Shown here: piece after piece, positions 46,287 to 49,079 of the stretch
Layout of the letters: each line of letters opens with the position of its first letter
Numbering within the stretch: the stretch's first letter is position 1
DNA from: an uncultured Gammaproteobacteria bacterium
Lineage (GTDB): Bacteria > Patescibacteriota > Patescibacteriia > Magasanikbacterales > GWA2-37-8
Direction of reading: 5' to 3'
Assembly: GCA_964536725.1 (NCBI GenBank)
Contig: CAZHYJ010000004.1
Location: 48,940 to 98,018, forward strand
Length of the DNA stretch: 49,079 nucleotides
Made by a program: the position numbers and the translations under genes
Notes under the pieces: generated by a model
Database searches by the model: none
What the model was told of the DNA's origin: nothing
The model's input: only the letters and a program-made list of their open reading frames with translations

Positions 46287-47417
46287 TCACATTTTAGTAA
46301 CATTATTTAACACATCAAGTATGCGTTCATGTATAATTTGAGGGTTGACTAAGGATGCAACTTTTTTTATTTCTTTTTGTGTGAGCTTTATCTTCGCTAA
46401 TCTTTTTACAACCTTAGCTACTTGAGTAGGATTATCAAAGGAGTCTATTACCATTCTTTTTAAACCGACTTTGATTAGTATCTCAGAAAAACCAACATTT
46501 TTTGAAACTAGCACAGATGTTCCGTTTATTACTGCTTCTGCAGCAACATTGCAGAATGTTTCAAAGTTAGATGTAACAATCAAAAGATTGACAGAGCGAT
46601 AAAATTTAAAAAGATCCTCTTGACTCATCGGTTCTTTTCGTTCAATTGTTTCAGGAATTCCAAATTTTTCGTCCCAACGAGATGTTACCATAACAGCCCT
46701 GTGTTGCCACCCTTCATGTAGTAATTCTTTGTGCAAAGCGATAAAAGCTTGGAAGTTTTTGATTGGTGTCCAGCGCCCTATAGCAGCAATTTTAAAACGC
46801 CCAACATCTTTTCGTCGGATATTATTTTTAACAATTACGGCTGGGTTGGGGATAACAACACTGTGTTTAATTGGATAGCCCAAAATTTCTTTTTCAACAG
46901 TTTTTTTACAAATTTCAGAAGGAAAAATTATACTTACTGCCGATGAAACTATCCATTTTTCATAAAATAAAAGTCTTTTTTTAATAAAAAAATTCTTATG
47001 TTCAATTTCTTTTTGTAATACTCCAGCATAACGCAAGACAATTGGAATTCCGAGTTCCTTGGCTGCTTGAGCCAAAATCCACGGTGTATTGTATGTCCCG
47101 TTTATTAGTAAAATATCAGGTGCTTCTAAACGAAGAATCTCTTTGGCTGTTTCAATCAAAATATCCCATTTCTTTCTTATGTTGCCAATTTTTTCCCATG
47201 AATGTCGAGGTAATATATCTATACCATTAATAATATGATGACTAAAAAATGAGGGAAGATAACGGCGAAAAATAATGGCGCCCAAGATGTGTCTACCTGT
47301 AATAATTTCAATACCTACAATTGTATCTTCCTTGTCTTCAAGCCAATCAAAAAGGGCAAGATTGGAAATGGTAATACCTCCAAAGGCGTCACGATGTACG
47401 TTTGTTGCAATTTTCAT
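46287..47417 (-). CDS. Glycosyltransferase family 4 (GT-B)
   Basis: IGRWTPIKNF, TSNFETFCNVAAEA, VGFSE. Confidence 0.8.
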   Translation of the reverse strand: MKIATNVHRDAFGGITISNLALFDWLEDKEDTIVGIEIITGRHILGAIIFRRYLPSFFSHHIINGIDILPRHSWEKIGNIRKKWDILIETAKEILRLEAPDILLINGTYNTPWILAQAAKELGIPIVLRYAGVLQKEIEHKNFFIKKRLLFYEKWIVSSAVSIIFPSEICKKTVEKEILGYPIKHSVVIPNPAVIVKNNIRRKDVGRFKIAAIGRWTPIKNFQAFIALHKELLHEGWQHRAVMVTSRWDEKFGIPETIERKEPMSQEDLFKFYRSVNLLIVTSNFETFCNVAAEAVINGTSVLVSKNVGFSEILIKVGLKRMVIDSFDNPTQVAKVVKRLAKIKLTQKEIKKVASLVNPQIIHERILDVLNNVTKM

Positions 47418-47428
47418 TGATATTTTTA

Positions 47429-48138
47429 TTATTTTTTCTTACTCCAAGTTTCCATTGTATTTCCAATATCTAACACTATTTTATTTTTAGCCTTTGCAAT
47501 TTTGGGCCCTATGATTTTTCCACCAGGACCTCCGCTATAGAGAATTAATTGCATGCCAGATTTAACAGCCGCGTCGATTGCTTGTTCATTATCATTCCAA
47601 TTTTTTTTAGGAAAACCGTCAAACCTGTCGCTACTTTTATTTGTTAGTTCATAGGTTTTACGAAAATTGGAAATTATTTTTTTATAATCCTTATGGATTA
47701 TAAATACGCCGTCACTAGCTTCTAATAGCATTTTGATCATCTTATGGGTCCAATCATTTACATAAAAATTATCAAAATAAAATGGACGTGACTTAAAGAA
47801 ATTATATAAATAATAATTTGATAGGGAAATACCGGAGATAGACGGGGCGAAGTAGGTGCAATTATTCCCCGCTTCAATGATTTTTTTTTGCAAAATATCT
47901 GTAGGTATTCCAACTATCCCCAATCTCTCATTCCATCCTTTTATATAATCAAAGTCATTAAATGGCTTAGATTTATCCGCCTTCAATATCTTGCATTCTT
48001 CGTCGCCCATTCTAACAATGGAGATGCTCTTGTGGTTTACTATCGCATCACCAACAATTGCAAAAATTGCTTTAGGACTGACAGTTTTGAAACATATTTT
48101 TTTTCTGAATCAGCTAATTTTTTTACAGAAAATAACAT
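47429..48138 (-). pseudogene. GT-D-fold-like glycosyltransferase with a frameshift near the 5-prime end
   Basis: SISIVRMGDEE, LYSGGPGGK and VLDIGN; the frame upstream of 48010 is open to about 48105 then hits TGA; ATG 48138 is in another frame and one added A joins them. Confidence 0.6.
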
Positions 48139-48284
48139 AGTTGAATTTAAATTTTAAGTTAAAATTATTATATCAAAAATATTCCTATTTGGCGAGTATT
48201 TAATACGTTAACAATATGTAGACTGTCGTCGATTTTAGAAAATACAGAATTGCATAATCAGAAATTAGCTGAAAACAAATATAA

Positions 48285-49079
48285 TTATAAGGAACTTTGA
48301 AATTCTCCTACAATTTCTTCTAATATGTCATGAAAGCTAATAATACCAATAATATTATTCGATGATTTTTCGGTTATTAAAACAATACTAATCTCGGACT
48401 TTTTTAAACGTTCAATCGCAACTAGTGATGGTACATCCGCGTCAATTTGTATAACAGGTTGAATAATCGATTTTAAATCCATATTGTCAAAACCTTTATC
48501 AAAAAGATGATTAAGAACATCTTTGGTTTCAATAGCGCCTATATTTTTATTTAAACTACCATCACAAATCGGAAAAACAGATTTATCACTTGTAGTTATT
48601 TTCCTTCTAATTTCTTCTGTTGGATCATTAATATCCAGCCACACCACTTTTTCACGTGAAGTCATAAAATCTTTTATTGGTCGGTTACCCAAATGGAAAA
48701 TTCTTTCTACCATTTTTTGTTCGGCTCGTTCAAAAACACCACTCTCTGTTCCCTCGGCAATTAATAGCTTAATTTCTTCTTCGCTGACGGTTTGTTCGGA
48801 AGCTGGTTTGGTGCGCAATAGTTTGAGCAACACACTAGTTGATGAGCTGAGCAATTTTACTAATGGACTGGAAATTTTCAAAATCATTTTGATGGTACCG
48901 GCAACTTTCAACGATCTCTTCTCGGGATTTGATAAAGCGATTTGTTTTGGCACTAATTCGCCAATGATCAAGGAAAAATAGGTGATAATAATAACAACTA
49001 TCGCCACGCTAATCGTTCCGCTGTAAGCAGAAATGGAAGAAAATTGATTTAAATATTCTTCTAAGTATTCAGCGAGTGT
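48285..49079 (-). CDS. Hemolysin/CNNM (DUF21 + CBS) family protein, 5-prime end outside the window
   Basis: IIGELVPKQIAL, SEEEIK, CBS pair, DILEEIVGE; no CorC C-terminal domain. Confidence 0.85.
   Translation of the reverse strand, partial: TLAEYLEEYLNQFSSISAYSGTISVAIVVIIITYFSLIIGELVPKQIALSNPEKRSLKVAGTIKMILKISSPLVKLLSSSTSVLLKLLRTKPASEQTVSEEEIKLLIAEGTESGVFERAEQKMVERIFHLGNRPIKDFMTSREKVVWLDINDPTEEIRRKITTSDKSVFPICDGSLNKNIGAIETKDVLNHLFDKGFDNMDLKSIIQPVIQIDADVPSLVAIERLKKSEISIVLITEKSSNNIIGIISFHDILEEIVGEFQSSL

Noticed and set aside
1-49079. DGR, retron, prophage, rRNA or recognisable defence system
   Set aside because: No reverse transcriptase, phage structural, rRNA or known defence gene signatures were recognised; the many short antisense ORFs are shadows of longer genes

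Overview
A 49 kb chromosomal segment of an AT-rich bacterium, most likely Patescibacteria/CPR (Parcubacteria-like). This assignment is inference from the gene set, the dense packing, the near absence of Shine-Dalgarno motifs in core genes and frequent TG-n-TATAAT extended -10 boxes. Core content: pilT, CCA-adding enzyme, a MacAB-like ABC exporter with two permeases, dnaG-rpoD-murG, murE, ftsB, prsA, ftsEX, greA, a cold-shock protein, an ABC-F ATPase, arfB and four tRNAs (Lys-UUU, Gly-CCC, Thr-CGU, Gln-UUG). Accessory content: a ~1700 aa Fn3/SGNH-esterase/peptidoglycan-binding surface protein, a pentein-fold enzyme, a translin/TRAX-like nuclease, a zinc cluster (two ZIPs plus a Fur/Zur regulator) cut by an IS256-like element, and two glycan-modifying genes frameshifted at or near A8 tracts. 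The most striking unexplained signal is three isolated GC-rich single-gene inserts with strong SD sequences, each followed by a long compound hairpin. Two of these hairpins lie next to tRNA genes, share a sequence core and show compensatory base changes, which suggests an unrecognised gene-cassette or structured-RNA system. No integrase, CRISPR array, rRNA or reverse transcriptase is visible in the window.
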